The position numbers and the translations under genes are program-made. A DNA stretch of 60,030 nucleotides, filler included, from Sphacelaria rigidula (taxonomy: Eukaryota), in the NCBI GenBank assembly GCA_964200075.2. It is 7 parts of 7 records of this genome, joined end to end, with 100 filler letters (N's around TTAATTAATTAA, not from the genome) between each part and the next. Parts side by side here need not be neighbours in the genome. Positions count along the whole stretch, not along the records: positions 25,775 to 34,264 come from CAXNAA020010990.1; positions 34,365 to 42,853 come from CAXNAA020010991.1; 5 more parts are not named here. One strand, written 5' to 3'. The notes below the pieces were generated by a model. It saw nothing but the letters and a program-made list of their open reading frames with translations. It was not told where the DNA came from and made no database searches. Positions 27,072 to 39,991 of the stretch are shown piece by piece (position 1 is the first letter of the stretch; each line of letters begins with the position of its first letter).

Positions 27072-27875
27072 GTTTTTTTACACATAAGAAGTAGCCCAAG
27101 ACCCTACAACGGGCACAGGATCCGTGCGGTGCATGCGGATGATATCGTGGTGAATTAAATTATTTGCGCGAAGCGCGATTATGGCCGAGCATCCGAGATC
27201 CGCACCCGACAAACACTGAGGACCCGTTTAAAATCAGGCGAAGAGCTAAAACACGGAACATGTCCTGTTTCACTGTACTGCAGCACAAACACACTCACGT
27301 CCGCTCTCATGTGCTGCAGCTATCGCTGTTCTGTGGTGTGTTTAGACCTTACGAAGACGGTTTGGTTTCCGCTGAAATTTCCTGAGCTGCTGTATTGTTT
27401 TGTGCGTCTCTCTGTAAAATATAGTATCAGTCGGGACGGAGTGCTGTTTACACACTTGACTGTTGAAAACTTCATGTTGCCAAGTTCCATCATGTGTCAT
27501 TTGCGCGATACCGAACATGACACACAACCAGCGCCGGTATGCAGCGCTCGACGGGCTGGGCCAGACCCCGTGCTCAGATGAAAGGAGCAACCCACAGCAT
27601 ATTGCGGATAGACCGCACCGCCAGGGTACTGCTTGCACCCGTCAGGATGGCGGACAGCGGCAGAGCTCGCGGCCACGGAAATACACAACCAGCCATACCA
27701 GTAATACGATATACCGATTCACGAGCATCGCAATGACGCCCTTCGTCGGCAATGCACCACTAGCTGTCTGCTTGTCTGCTTGTAGCTTCGTTTCTCTGCT
27801 GCTTTTCCATCCGTCCTGGCGCTATTTTTCACTTCTGAACTACTGCAGTACGTACACTACAGGTACGACTCGAGT

Positions 27876-28240
27876 TTGTGTGTTGTGTTGTCGTCCCATC
27901 TATTCCGGGCGCCGGTCTACACATTTCGGTATATGTGGGCGCACCAACCGGGGTCACAGAGGAGGAAGGTCAACACAGGAGCTTTTTCTTCTTTATTTGT
28001 TTCTAGTACCCCACATTCCTTCTGCGGTGCTTGTCTTTTTTTTTTTATCGCGAGAGGGGTTTAGCAGTCCCTTCCCCGCGTCGACCGCTAAGTCGAATTT
28101 CGTGTACCCACGACATAGTCGCTCTCCCCTGTCAGGCATTGTGTGAGAGAAAATCCCAGATCGCTCCGAAAATTGAACCCACGATCCAACCGTCGGAAGG
28201 TGTCGAGGTTACCAACTGAGCCACCGGGGCGAGCCGGTCG
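27876..28240 (-). mobile_element. Near full-length SINE copy
   Basis: Minus strand starts CCCCGGTGGCTCAGTTGGTAACCTCG (A-box) ... GTGGGTTCAATT (B-box-like); body matches 542-939. Confidence 0.8.
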
Positions 28241-29148
28241 CCCCGATTAATATAGTGTGCGAGCCAATTACAAGCATTTTTCACTACATGATTCGTTACG
28301 AAGGTCGCATTTCATTGGCGCTAGATTCCGCCGATTCCACACTGAAGGGCCTCTGATTGGTTGAACTCCACATTTCACTACAAAAGTCTACCCCCATGTA
28401 TGGGCGGTGTGTCGTTTTCTCACTTGATTCTCGGGAAAAAAATAAAAGACGAGGGAATTTTCACGAGATGGGCCCTCCTGGCTTGTATATATTTACATAT
28501 AAAAAACAAGACGAGATCGACTTGTATTTTTGTCTCGTATTTTTCATCCGCGGCGCGGCGAGATTAGCAGCGCCCGCCAGCCCTGAATATGTTTGTGCCC
28601 TTCGACATCTGCGGGGCTCTCCTGACAGCAACGTCAAACATCCCCAGCGCCGTTTACACATTAGACCAAATTTTGCTCAACCATCCTGACGCACGCGAGA
28701 TGTCGCCAGGGGTTGATGATCGATTGGCATCGACCGTGCTATCGAAAACCTTCAGCACAGACAACAGTACCCAGCGAAGAGATTACTGTCTGTGCTGTCT
28801 CACGTTGTGAGTTCTAGGCGCACACAACCGCGCAGTAGTACGCACGGCTGTAATAGTAATGATGCGTACACCGTGAGGTTTGTGGACAACGTGCAATACA
28901 GACAACCCTAGGCCGTGCTACTGTACTGCGTGTACTGCCGCAACGAACAGTATTATTCACATGCCATGCTGAACCCAAAGGTTGCCGAAAATGATCTGGA
29001 CAACGCGCAGTGCAGGCAGTACAGGATCAAATGCGAGTTTGCCAGTAGTGTACAACGGCTGCAACAAATATGATGTGAACAACGTGCAGTACAGACAGAG
29101 CTAAGCGATACGGTACTGCCTGTACTGCCGATTTCGGCAGTATTCCCA

Positions 29149-29460
29149 TATTAGGAATCTTTCTCGAGAACTCTTGCTGTCGCATGCTCCGCCAAATCTA
29201 GAAACCGTATCCAACCGCCAAATCTATTCATCTGGCGAGTTCTGGACTGACTTGCTACTACTAGTCAATGATATCTTTCCAGGACAACCTTCACACCACA
29301 GGATTCTCGAAGGCTATACAACAACTCCAACCGTTTCCTATTGCCCCGCATAATGTCCCGCCTGTTACTCAGTGAACAAGCCTCCGTATTTCAGCTTGAT
29401 GCTATTGAACATTGACTCACATATGTTATGCAAGATGAAATTCTTGACACTCCCCTCAAT
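29149..29460 (-). repeat. 3' LTR (about 29149-29449) and polypurine tract (29450-29460) of the copia element
   Basis: Minus strand ATTGAGGGGAG directly followed by TGTCAAGAAT; about 300 bp later ATTCCTAATA as an imperfect inverted terminus. Distal boundary is inferred. Confidence 0.65.
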
Positions 29461-29648
29461 GGAAGTAGCACTCGGGAGATATGAAGAAATCCGGACGGAT
29501 GGATATTTCTAGGCCTACTTATGCAAACGCATGCTTCCATTTCTGCACATTCCCTACAATGTACACTTGGATTTTCATCTCAACACTTTCTACGTTCTCG
29601 TTTATTCAAAACACAGTCGTGATCAAACCACACGCTAGAAAGTACACA

Positions 29649-32349
29649 TCAGACCAGCTCCCTCGTCGGCGTCTTTATTTTAAGCCGAAAGGTCTTGATT
29701 ACGTGCAGCAGATGCAGGTGGCGTTGTTTGCCCAAGTATTTCGTCCCAATGTCGGTGATGTTCTTCTTGGTGTCCACGTGATGAAGGGTGATCCTCCGCT
29801 TCTTGATAAGTTCGCGAATGAAGAAGTAGCGCAATGCCACATGCTCGGTCCGTCCACTGTAGGTGCTGTTACCGGCAACGTAAAATGTTGAGGTGTTGTC
29901 GATGTGAACCGGAACACTGTGAAATGCCTCGCCGAATCCCAGCTCCATCATCATGTTGGGACAGAACACAGCCTCCTTCGTTGCCAGCGATGCCGCCACA
30001 AGCTCAGATTCCATTTTCGACTGAGCAGTTAGACCCTGTATTCCGACTTTGAAACTCACCGGAGCGTTCGAGAGCATGACGATATACGAGGACATCGATT
30101 TACCGTTATCCGGGTTGTTCCCTCAGTTGGCGCCCGAAAGCGCGGTGAGCTGAAATCCTCCCTTCCTGTACGTGATATCGAAACTAGCACTCCCCCCAAG
30201 GTAACGTGGAAGATGTTTCGCAGCACCCATGTGTGCTTTTGATGGTTTTGACATCGCTCTCGCAAGCTGGTTGACAGCAAACTGGGTATCATACTGGGTT
30301 ACTTGTGCTAGATACATTAACGAGCCGGTGATCGCCTGGTATCGCTGTGTTGCCGCCGGATCCAGAAGTTGCTCTTCCGGTTGATTCAATGACAGCTCTG
30401 CTCCCGTTCCTGGTGTGCTCAGCGGATTGCAGTCCCCCATGCCGTACTTCTCCAGGATCGATTTGGTGTAGTTCTCCTGGCTGAGAGTGAGCGTCCCATT
30501 CTTGCGGCCTCGGGTGACTTTCATTCCGAGTACAAGTGATACGTCTCCCATGTCCGTCATTTTGAAACGAACCATGAGCTTTTTCTTGAGCATCTGCAGT
30601 ATTACCACGTCCCCTTCAACGAGGAGCACATCGTCCACGTAGAGTGTGAGAAGCGCGACAACGTTCCTCTTTCCGAGAGCGTTGCTGACGGTGTCGCCCC
30701 GGGAGTTACCGCCCCTGATGTTGTCGTTGTCGTCGTTGTCAGTGAAGGCGTAGATGCAGGGATCTGAAGCGAGAGAGGTGAAACCGATCTCTCCCAGAAA
30801 TGTATCCATGGTGTTCCACCAATTTAGTGGCGACTGGCGAAGGCCATACAACGACTTATTATGGAGCTTTATCACGAGAGGAACTCTCGTCACGGGATCG
30901 TTCTCCTCATAGCCCCGGGGCCATCTTGACGTAAACTTCCTCTTCAACGGGCGCGTTTAAAAATGCCGTCTGCACGTCCAGCTGCCAGATTTCCCCGTCC
31001 ATCTCCGCGGCCGCTGCAAGCACCATACGGATGCTTTGTAGCCTACAGACAGGAGCAAAGGTGCCGCCGCAGTCGATGCCCGGTACTTGTCCCCATCCTT
31101 GGACGACCAGTCTTCCTTTGTATGTGTTGTCGGCTTTCACCTTATACACTCACCGGGATCCAATGGCTTTCATCCCTGCAGGAATCCCCGTGAAGGGTAC
31201 AAGCGTGAAGACATTATTGAAGCGAAGGCTTTCTATTTCTTTGTCTGATGCTGCCTTCCACTGCTTCGCCTCTGGCAGTTGCATTGCCTCTTGAAAGGTG
31301 TTCGGCACTATGACCACTTTCTCCCCCTCCGAACAACTTCGAATTTGGGTGTTTGTGGCAGTATACTCCACAAAGGAAACTCCATCCTCGTGAGCGATGT
31401 CTCGTATATTTGACCTTGCGTAGAAATTAACCAGAGTCTCCAGGCGTTTTAGCTCGCGGGCTTGAGCGCTTGTCGTGCCCGCGCCGGAGATGGCGTCTAT
31501 CGGGGCTTGTGGGTTAGCCCGCGTGCTGACACGCGTAGAACCCGTTGTAGGTGACGGTGTTGTAGCTGGAGGTGAACTTTCAGTGACTCCCCCTCCTGGG
31601 GAGGCTCCAGTGGGGACCTCTCCCGATGAAGATCCGGTAAGGTCGTTGACGCGGTCCGTCACGTCGCGTAGATCTCCGTGTTGTTTGCTTTTTCTTAGAG
31701 CGCAAATGTCACCGGTTGATAGCGTTCCATCGAAGCTGCTACCGGAGCCTTCCGCCTTCCGAAGTACATTCTGGCTCTCGATGCCAACGTGACCAAGTCG
31801 ACGATGCCAGAGATTTGCGCTGGTGCTGGCGTGCATAGCCACTCCAGGTTGCTGCTCCGCGTGGCTGCTCAGCTTCATGCGGAACGTGTAGAGGTCTTGG
31901 TCATGGATCAATTGTTCCAGGGGAAGCACGAACGATGAAGTCTCCAGTCGGGGATGATGTTGATCGAAGATGGCGATGATGCCTTGCTTGGTCGCCACTT
32001 TCACGGAGAACAGATGACGCCCGAGTCCGGGGACGACGAATCAAGAGAGGGCGACATGGTGCGCCTTCTCTTCTCTGTCGGTGATTATACCATAAATTGT
32101 GGCAGTTGCAACTGCTTCGACTACATTATGTCCCCCTGTTACGATTCTGAACGGCCGTTCGAGGCCCGTGTACTCACTCGCCCGAGCTAAAACATCCGAC
32201 TCGACATTGGTGTCCAAGTAGTGACCGGTCGCGCCACTGTCCACCAGAGGTGTCGTTGACTGTCCGAGCCGTTGGCACCGCCGCCACGAAAGCTGCTCCA
32301 GTACCCCCACCGAAGGCACCGAAGAGGTCAATCGTGTTTTCTCCAGCAT
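29649..32349 (-). pseudogene. Copia pol remnant (protease, pre-integrase zinc motif, RT, RNase H) with stops and frameshifts
   Basis: ORF fragments 32041-32349, 31150-32004, 30907-31149, 30123-30947, 30056-30292 and 29649-30095 carry the successive copia motifs. Confidence 0.93.
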
Positions 32350-32812
32350 GCTGTGGTGTGGTGGACGCGCCGAAAGAAAACACTGGAGGGGCCGACTCCG
32401 TCATCACAGGTTGCAGGGATCCTCCGACTGTTCCGGACGAATTGCTGTATGCAGTCGTCGCCGCGGCAGGCAGCGGGATGAACGACCCGGGAAAGCATAC
32501 TTGGCGAGGTTGGCACTTCCATTCGTTGCTGCTTTGTTTCGTTGTACCTTACACTCGGCGTCGCTGTGTATTGTTGTTCTATGATTCGAGCACCATTTTG
32601 ATGCTTCGTTTCCTCCGTTCTCCTTGCCTGCTTTTCGACGTCTGTGTCGGATTACTCGGCCGTGTCCAACTTCGCTTGTTGTTGGGGCTTTCACATTGAT
32701 AGTGCCCGAACCCCTTGCAAAGGTGACACTGTATACCAGATGTCGTAGCCTGCATGACCGCTCCAGGTCCGGCCACGGTTGGTGCAGTTGACGTACCAAA
32801 ACTCCGATCATT

Positions 32813-33433
32813 TTACGCGTTGCACATTGCGGTGCGATACTTGTCGAGGCCGAAGTCGCGCTCGGTGTAGCATTTCGTGCGCACGAAGTTATACTCCGAG
32901 GTTATCGCCTTGAGGATAATGTCCTCGTAACGATCGTCGTGCATTTTATCCCCGAGACCCTCCAGACGCAGTCGAATTTCGTCCATATCTTGGAAGAAAT
33001 ATTCGGGGTCCTCGCCCGGTTTCATCGTGCGGCTAACCAGCTGAGCGTGAATTGCCCGCCTAGCCGCTTTGGTGTTGCCGTCGAACTTCTCAACCAAGGC
33101 CTTCCACGCACCTTGCTCATCGCCGACCCGCGGGTCATCGAGATCTTCATCCTCTGTGTACAAGAACCGCCGGATGGTCGCAGCTGCAGGCCCGGTCGTT
33201 GAAAGGAACAACAGCGAAAACAGGTCGCTGTTCTTTCGGTCCCATGCCCGCTCTGCTGGTTCGTCAGTAGGCCTTCGTTGACCGTTGAGAACGGCGAACA
33301 TCGGCTTGTCCGCGATAGAGATAGCTACTCGCAGCTGATCTTTCCGTGCAATGAAGGTGTTCTTATCGTTCGAAAATGTTGGTACTCGTTTGAATACGGT
33401 CGCTATGCGATCGGAACTGGTGGCGGTATAACT
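32813..33433 (-). pseudogene. Copia gag (UBN2-like region)
   Basis: AWDRKNSDLFSLLFLSTTGPAA..., AWKALVEKFDG, MKPGEDPEYFF, IILKAITSEY; premature stop, followed by knuckles CHLCKGFGHYQCES and WCSNHRTTIHSDAEC in other frames. Confidence 0.85.
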
Positions 33434-33457
33434 CATCGTACACAGATAAGATGAACC

Positions 33458-34008
33458 GCGCAACGCTGTACGCTTCGAGGCTTATCAATGCTCGACGCGC
33501 AAGTGCGATATCCCAGACTGTGTCGCCTTCCTACACGCACAGGTTTAAACTGTAGCTTGTACAGACTGCAGCTGGTGCAGGTTTCGTCCGCAGGGACGAT
33601 GAAGTACGCAACGCTGTACGCTTCGAGGCTTATCAATGCTCGACGCGCAAGTGCGATATCCCAGACTGTGCCGCCTTCCTGCGCGCACAGGTTTAAACTA
33701 TAGCTTGTACAGACTGCAGCTGGTGCAGGTTTTGTCTGCAGGGATAATGAAGTACGCAAGGCTGTACGCTTCGAGGCTTATCAGTGCTCGACGCGCAAGT
33801 GCGATATCCCAGACTGTGCCGCCTTCCTGCGCGCACAGGTTTAAACTATAGCTTAAACAGACTGCAGCTGGTGCAGGTTTTGTCTGCAGGGATAATGAAG
33901 TACGCAAGGCTGTACGCTTCGAGGCTTATCAGTGCTCGACGCGCAAGTGCGATATCCCAGACTGTGCCGCCTTCCTGGGCGCACAGGTTTAAACTGTAGC
34001 TCGTACAG
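33458..34008. repeat. 148-bp tandem repeat, about 3.7 copies, in the copia 5' leader
   Basis: Near-identical units CGCAACGCTGTACGCTTCGAGGCTTATC...GATGAAGTA; equivalent ORF starts at 33488, 33636 and 33784 give the 148-bp period. Confidence 0.95.
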
Positions 34009-34188
34009 CGTGCCACCTTGACTCTAGATACGTAGAGTACAATCCGCGGTCGTCTCAACTCACTTGTAGTGTCTGTGTTGTCCCAGGTATTCAGCTCCTC
34101 TGTAGAACTCTGTAGAACTGGTGGAAGACGTCTCCCCGGCAAGCTCTCCTTTAGAAGCTCTCGGTATTTACACCTTGCAAAAAATCGA

Positions 34189-34199
34189 GGCTCATAACC
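34189..34199 (-). other. Primer-binding site complementary to the anticodon arm of initiator tRNA-Met (half-tRNA priming)
   Basis: Minus strand reads ...TTAACA|GGTTATGAGCC directly after the LTR-terminal CA; complement GGCTCATAACC matches the tRNAi-Met anticodon stem-loop. Confidence 0.85.
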
Positions 34200-34611
34200 T
34201 GTTAAGGAATACGGTAGTCGTGGAGACCGTTGTACTCCTCTTGGCAGGTGACTACAGAGGTTGGNNNNNNNNNNNNNNNNNNNNNNNNNNNNNNNNNNNN
34301 NNNNNNNNTTAATTAATTAANNNNNNNNNNNNNNNNNNNNNNNNNNNNNNNNNNNNNNNNNNNNCCCTGGTCATCATCCAGGATCCTACATGCTACATCT
34401 ACTACGCCTTGGTGTATTTTGGCTACAGCCCTCACCGCTGTTCGCAGATGACACAAAAAGGGACCCTCAAGGCTTGCAGCGAATCATGGAGGAAAAAATG
34501 GAACGCGATAAACGCAGGTGTAACGGGTTTTCGTTTGTGAGAGGTGTCATGAACTCTCACCAATCTTTGTAACTGCCGCTGGGCTCGTTTTCACCCTCTA
34601 TTTCTCGACAG

Positions 34612-34767
34612 CACGCTATCGGCGGCGCAGTGTATGTGGGCCCAGGGTTGCTCCGGTCGAAGCTGCCGGCCGACACGACCCCACCGGGATTGCTGACTCG
34701 TGCCGCCGGTTCGTCTGCTGAAGAGGTCATGAAGACCGCCGTGCAGCCGTTCGGATACACAGTGGAG
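34612..34767 (+). CDS. Probable isolated coding exon, unknown product
   Basis: Pyrimidine tract + cag acceptor, gtgaga donor, 156 nt open frame HAIGGAVYVGPGLLRSKLPADTTPPGLLTRAAGSSAEEVMKTAVQPFGYTVE; GC-rich codon usage like the other exons. Confidence 0.45.
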
Positions 34768-36033
34768 GTGAGACTGCTTCGGGCGACCCAAACGGTGTTC
34801 ATATCGAGTCTTGTCTACTCACTTCTTCGCCGTCCGAGGGTTGCACAGTGAGGACAAGGTGGTGAGAAAGCTAATGGGCACATGCGCACCAGTCTTGTTT
34901 TTTTTGCATATTTCTTGACGCATTTGCGAGTCTAATATAGTTTCCCTGTACCATACACAAGGATACCTTGAACTGTACGGGCCCATCACCTTGCCCGAAC
35001 TTTGGCTTTGTATCATTGTATTATATTTCCGCTGAAAAGTATATCTTCTCTACATTCGGTGCTCCGTTCGTACGAATGAACACAAATAACCAGGTTCGAA
35101 AATGGCCGCACACACCCCTTTCTAAACTCCAGAGAGGAACAACATTCTGAAAAGACAACGACCGATAACCACAACCGCGAATCAACCACTAGTTTTACGT
35201 ATTACCGTGTGCTGTCCCCACCGCCTTCTTCACTGACAAACCTTGCTCGTAAAACCAGCGCTGTTTCGGCTCGACAACGGCCTAAACCTTTTACGAGTGC
35301 TTCGAAATAGTAGAATGAGTGCGATGCTTGGGTATATTTCGGCCCATCTCAAGTAAAGAACTTGTCATTCTATCTTCACGTCGGCCGAGTCTGCCCTCTA
35401 ACTTCGTAGCGAACCCATCTGTAAAGCCGTCACAACGACCATTATACCCAGACAACGTATTATTGCCCTTCAGTGCCCTAAATTATGGGACGGGCGTGTG
35501 AGAAGGCCATCAGTCGGGGGTCGTCTTGTCACCTCCCACCCTTCTAGTCGCGACGCGGAGATTATAAAGGAAACGGGCACGGCATGCCAGACAGAATGCG
35601 TATCGCGCTTCGAATCCTTCGTTTGGGATCATGCAGAGTGTGCATCGCTGAGAATCTGAGGGGTGGGGTTTGTTGCGGGGTCTCGTACCACCGTTTGCAC
35701 ACTTCTACAGTGAATGCCTGAAGTGTATTACACATTGTTGCTTCCTCTCTTCGCGACGTGACTAGGAACCACGTCTCGCGCATTCACCTCCGCCGCACGT
35801 GCAATCCAATTTGGTCAACAGGCTGCACGTGATCGCGAAACAAGGCCAAGACGTCGCCTATCCGGATATTCCCGTCTGGGGGAAGTCAAAAATAAACGAC
35901 ACTCCAGAGGACGCCCTAACCCTAAACCTAACGGCAACTGAGGAAAATGTTTGAGCCTGGCAAGGAGAATTGTAAAGCAAAGGCGGCGTTGAGCCTCAAT
36001 TCAGAGTTAAACCTCAATTCGCACAATTTGCTG

Positions 36034-39000
36034 TTAAATGTCTCGTGGCATGGGCATATCGGAGAGTGCGGCGACCTTGTCGAGCTTTGGCCTACGACCG
36101 TCGGGGGTGATGCAATGACCCAAGAACTCAATCTTCGTGGCGCCAATGCGGGATGTGGAGGGGGCGAGTTTCAAGTTGTGTTGTTCAAATCGATTCAAGA
36201 ATGATGCCAACTGTTCGACGTGTTCAGCCGGTGTGGAGGCGTGGCACACCGCATCATCAAGGTACATATGGCATTTGGGCAATCCATCAGTTACTCGGAA
36301 CATTACACGTTGAAACGCACCTGGGGCTCCGGCGGCACCTTGTAGTGTAACCAGCCACTCGTATAAATCTGATGGCGTGCGAAACGCTGTCAGTTCAATG
36401 GAATTCGGATCCATCACGAGCTGGTGGTAGCCGCACTGCATGTCAAAGTTCGAAAATACTTTGCCCCCGCCAGTCTGATTAATCGTTGATAATTGACCGT
36501 CAGTCTGATTTTGCCATTCTTCTTACGGACGACTACTAAAGGCGAGGCCCATGGAGACGTCGAGTGCCGAATTAGATTGGCAGATAAGTAACCATCGAGA
36601 ATTACCTGGATCTTACCCGCTAAGAGGGGGTTCGTACGGTACGGACGCATAGCGATAGGCGGAGTGCCATCAGGAATCTTGATCTTAAACGGTGTCGTGA
36701 CACATCGACCTAAATCCAAGGGTGCAGCAGAAAACCGTTCAGAATATCTAATCAAGATGGATCTCAATCTATCGATTACAGTGGATGTCCAACCATCGCC
36801 AGATAGATCAAAAGCAAGATGCCGTACGTGAGGGGGAATGTCACCCCACAACTTTTGAAAACTGGCGCGTTGTTCTGAAGAAAATCTATCCAATAATGCA
36901 GTTGGGGGTTGAGGGTCAGGCGCATTTGGTGGATTTGTCACCACCATGGGGTCAGACATATGTAGCGGAGGGGGGCCCGTGGATTTGGGGGGGGGTTGGT
37001 CGGCGAGTTGTTGTTCGCCGGGTGCACACATCTGACAGGGCGGTTCGTGTAAGAGGCGCTTGAGCATACCCCAACAACTGATCGTTGAGTATATCGAAAC
37101 ATGCAGGGGACGTGAGGTAAATGGCCTGCCTACCTTCGTGGACAAATACTTCGGTCTGTTCAAACGGACCAACCTGTGCTTGATCAGGTTTGAGCAATTC
37201 GACCGAATAATGTCCGGTGAGGGCGGGCGATCCATTGCGTCTCACGAGGTTCACTTGGATTAGTTGGGGTTCACGAGAAAGCGAGATTACCGGTTCACCA
37301 ACATAGTACAGAAGGAAAGCATTACCTGTTTTCGTGGGGTCATCCTCATAAGAATGAGCTCCCGAATCAGTGTCGAAGTGACCGAGTGGTAGTTTGTCTG
37401 TGACTGGACGGTTCGGGACAGGTGTGTCCGTCGTATACGTGTGTGTGGAAAAACGAAGCCAACTATCTCGACCCAAGAAAACATCAAAAGACATGGAACC
37501 GTCGGGCACAATTAGTGCCAATACGGACAACCGAGCAGTGGGAGTAGTATCCTGGTAGAATTGTACACGTCTATTAAAGGGGCCAACGTGGGCGAGTTAG
37601 GAGACGAGTCGTCTTGCGTAACACTTTGTATGCCTGGTGACGAATACACGATCGAGGTGCCTTCATGACTAGGATGCGAACGTCCATGAGTCGGCGAAGT
37701 CTCTGTCCCTACAGACGGCAACGCTTCATCGGAAATGGGTTCTAACGCAGTGCACGAGGGGAGGTCAGGGAGCAGTAACGACATGTTCGAAATCTGGGGA
37801 GTACCGGCCTGTTCCACTCTAAGGTTTTCATCTGTCTGAGCCCACACGCAATCTCCTCCTTGGAGTTCACGTGCGCTTGCTGCATCAGGGTTATCTATAT
37901 GATCATCTGGAGGAACCCGCCTATGGTGACGCGTGTAGCGCAAGAAAGGGTCGGCGGCTCCAGGAGCTATTGAAATGAGTTCTTGGACAGTCGAACCTAG
38001 GTCACGCTCTTCGCGCACCACCTGAGTCACTGTCACTTGGGGTTCCATTCCAACCCGCTGAGCGACGAAAAGCGTGGGTTCTTTGCGGTTGCGACCTTTC
38101 AAGGAATAATTACGCTCTACCGTAGTTTTTGCGGAACTCGGTAGGGTGATTAGCCGGGCACTTGAGTAGTTGCGGGGTGCTTGAGTGTGTGGCTTTGAAT
38201 ATGGTGTTCTCCGATGAACAGTCGAAGCAGCAGTGTGTATCGTACCAGAAAATATTTCGGCTCCTGATGCATGAGAAACTGCACTACATGACTTCCTCTC
38301 CTCCGAAGGGAGGGGATGCGATTGAATATGATTAGTACCTGGTGAATGTAAAACTGGGTGATCAAATCCTGGATTAAAACGTTGGGTTTGGTCACTGCTC
38401 AATTGATAGCCATGCAACGGTGCACGGGCTTCGACTGTCTTGGAATCCTTCAAGGCAGTGTTAGCATATCCAGGGAACCCACAACACATGATTGAACCCG
38501 CGGTGGCCACCGCTGATTCGTGCGTGTGATGTGTGTGACCTGGCCGAGCGAAAAAAATGGTTGACATAAAATTGTTGCATACGTCTGCAGTGAATTACCG
38601 GTCATTGTTTATTTCTAATTGTGGAATTGTACCAGCTAATCAGAAATGAATTAGAGGAGTAGAAAAATGAACAGGCAGGTGGCGGGGCTTAGGTTTTGGG
38701 CTAAGCAACGCGTCATGGGTTACCCCACTGTATGCTATCTCCGGAACTTGTAGAACGTTCCCAAACGGTTGTCAACTTATGAGGTGAGCATCAGTGCTGT
38801 GTGGGTACCGCCCTGGCGGGGTTCAGCCGCGGCACTAGGTCCACTCATGTGTAAACGTCTACCGTTTTGTGAATTGGCCGGTGCATGTGGTTGAAAGTGT
38901 GCCAGGTCAGGTGGGTCAGGCGGTGAATCAGTTGTTGCTTCTGGGGCGGAGTAGGCGACCGAACGCAGTTGTGATTGCCAGACTTGCCAACATAATCTAA

Positions 39001-39991
39001 AATGACGCGAATTTTTCAAGTGCCTTTTGGTTAACAGCTTATATTCTTTCTCCGCAATTTCCAGAGCCTTCGTGGATTCGCGGATGGCGCGTTCTAGCTC
39101 ATTCTGTCCCGTTGGCTTTTTCTCGGGGTGGACATCTACATTATGGGAGGCCTGAGCGGGCTCCTGGACACTTGTAGATACCTGTAGGCGGGCAAACTCC
39201 AACTCTTTGTGCTCAAGTTCAATGTGTGCTAGATCGTTGTCGCGGATCTGATCCCAGCACGCTGTCTGTTTAGTCTCTGAAAAATTGTACCAATGGCGCG
39301 GGGGAATGAAGGCTGGACGCTTTTGCCGAAGCCGGTCGTGTGTTTCGTCACGCGTGGACAGGTATTGTTCCAATTTGGGCGACGTATCAAAAGCCATCGT
39401 GGGGCGGTCAGAGGGTTCAGCACCGGTTTGGGTGCGGAGGTCATCGTCAGGGAAGGTTTTCGTAGCATCAGGGTTCACGTGGAGTGATGTCATCTGAGAA
39501 CGAAGAGTGGAAACACCGTCAGCGCTATGTGTGGCTGGTCGGTGTACAGGGAGGTGGGCACCGACGGCGTTAGGATGAGCATGTGGAGGAGGATTGTCTT
39601 CATCCACACTCACGTCCCTGAAAATACGTCCTGCAATGACGCTATCATCAACGTTACAACGTTCTGATTGGTTTTTGTCACTCGTTTCACTACGCGAGGT
39701 TGATTTGTACGGTTGTTCACTATTGTCTGTAGGAAGCGAACCGTCCTTCGTGACATCGTGCTCCGATGAAGTCGCACGGCGGTTGATATCAGACATGCCT
39801 TGGTACACCTGCGCCATTGCGCCAAACCGGTAACGTAAAGATGCAGAGGTTGAAAAGTGAACGTTTCGTGGTGGAATTGAGCATCGTTGTTGAGGACTGA
39901 GGCGGCGTGAACAAAAACAAAAGAAAAAGAGTGGCGGGGTGCTGTCGACAGTCTCAATCGACATGTATGTAGTGTTGCGCACTCCGCACAT
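36034..39991 (-). mobile_element. Decayed Ty3/gypsy retrotransposon fragment (putative gag-region ORFs, protease C-terminal half, RT; RNase H/integrase absent)
   Basis: FDVFLGRDSW (protease), PIAMRPYRTNP, SPWASPLVVVRKKNGKIRLTVNYQRL, GYHQL...TAFRTPSDLYEW..LQGAAGAPGAFQRVM, YLDDAV, IEFLGHCIT. Upstream ORFs 37512-38567 and 38777-39991 assigned by position only. Confidence 0.88.

Larger units (their letters stand above)
29149..34264 (-). mobile_element. Ty1/copia LTR retrotransposon, degenerate, integrase core deleted; 5' LTR cut by the contig end
   Basis: Order on minus: LTR end (TGTTAAGGAAT on + at 34200), PBS, leader, gag, zinc knuckles, protease LVDSGATGHY, GAG-pre-integrase LWHRRLGH, RT (YKGRLVVQG, WQLDVQTAFLNA, SLYGLRQSP, LYVDDVL), RNase H (MESELVA, EHVALRYFFIRE), PPT, 3' LTR. 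Confidence 0.95.

Noticed and set aside
33458..34008. Possible CRISPR-like array
   Set aside because: Units are contiguous 148-bp repeats with no unique spacers and lie in a retrotransposon leader.
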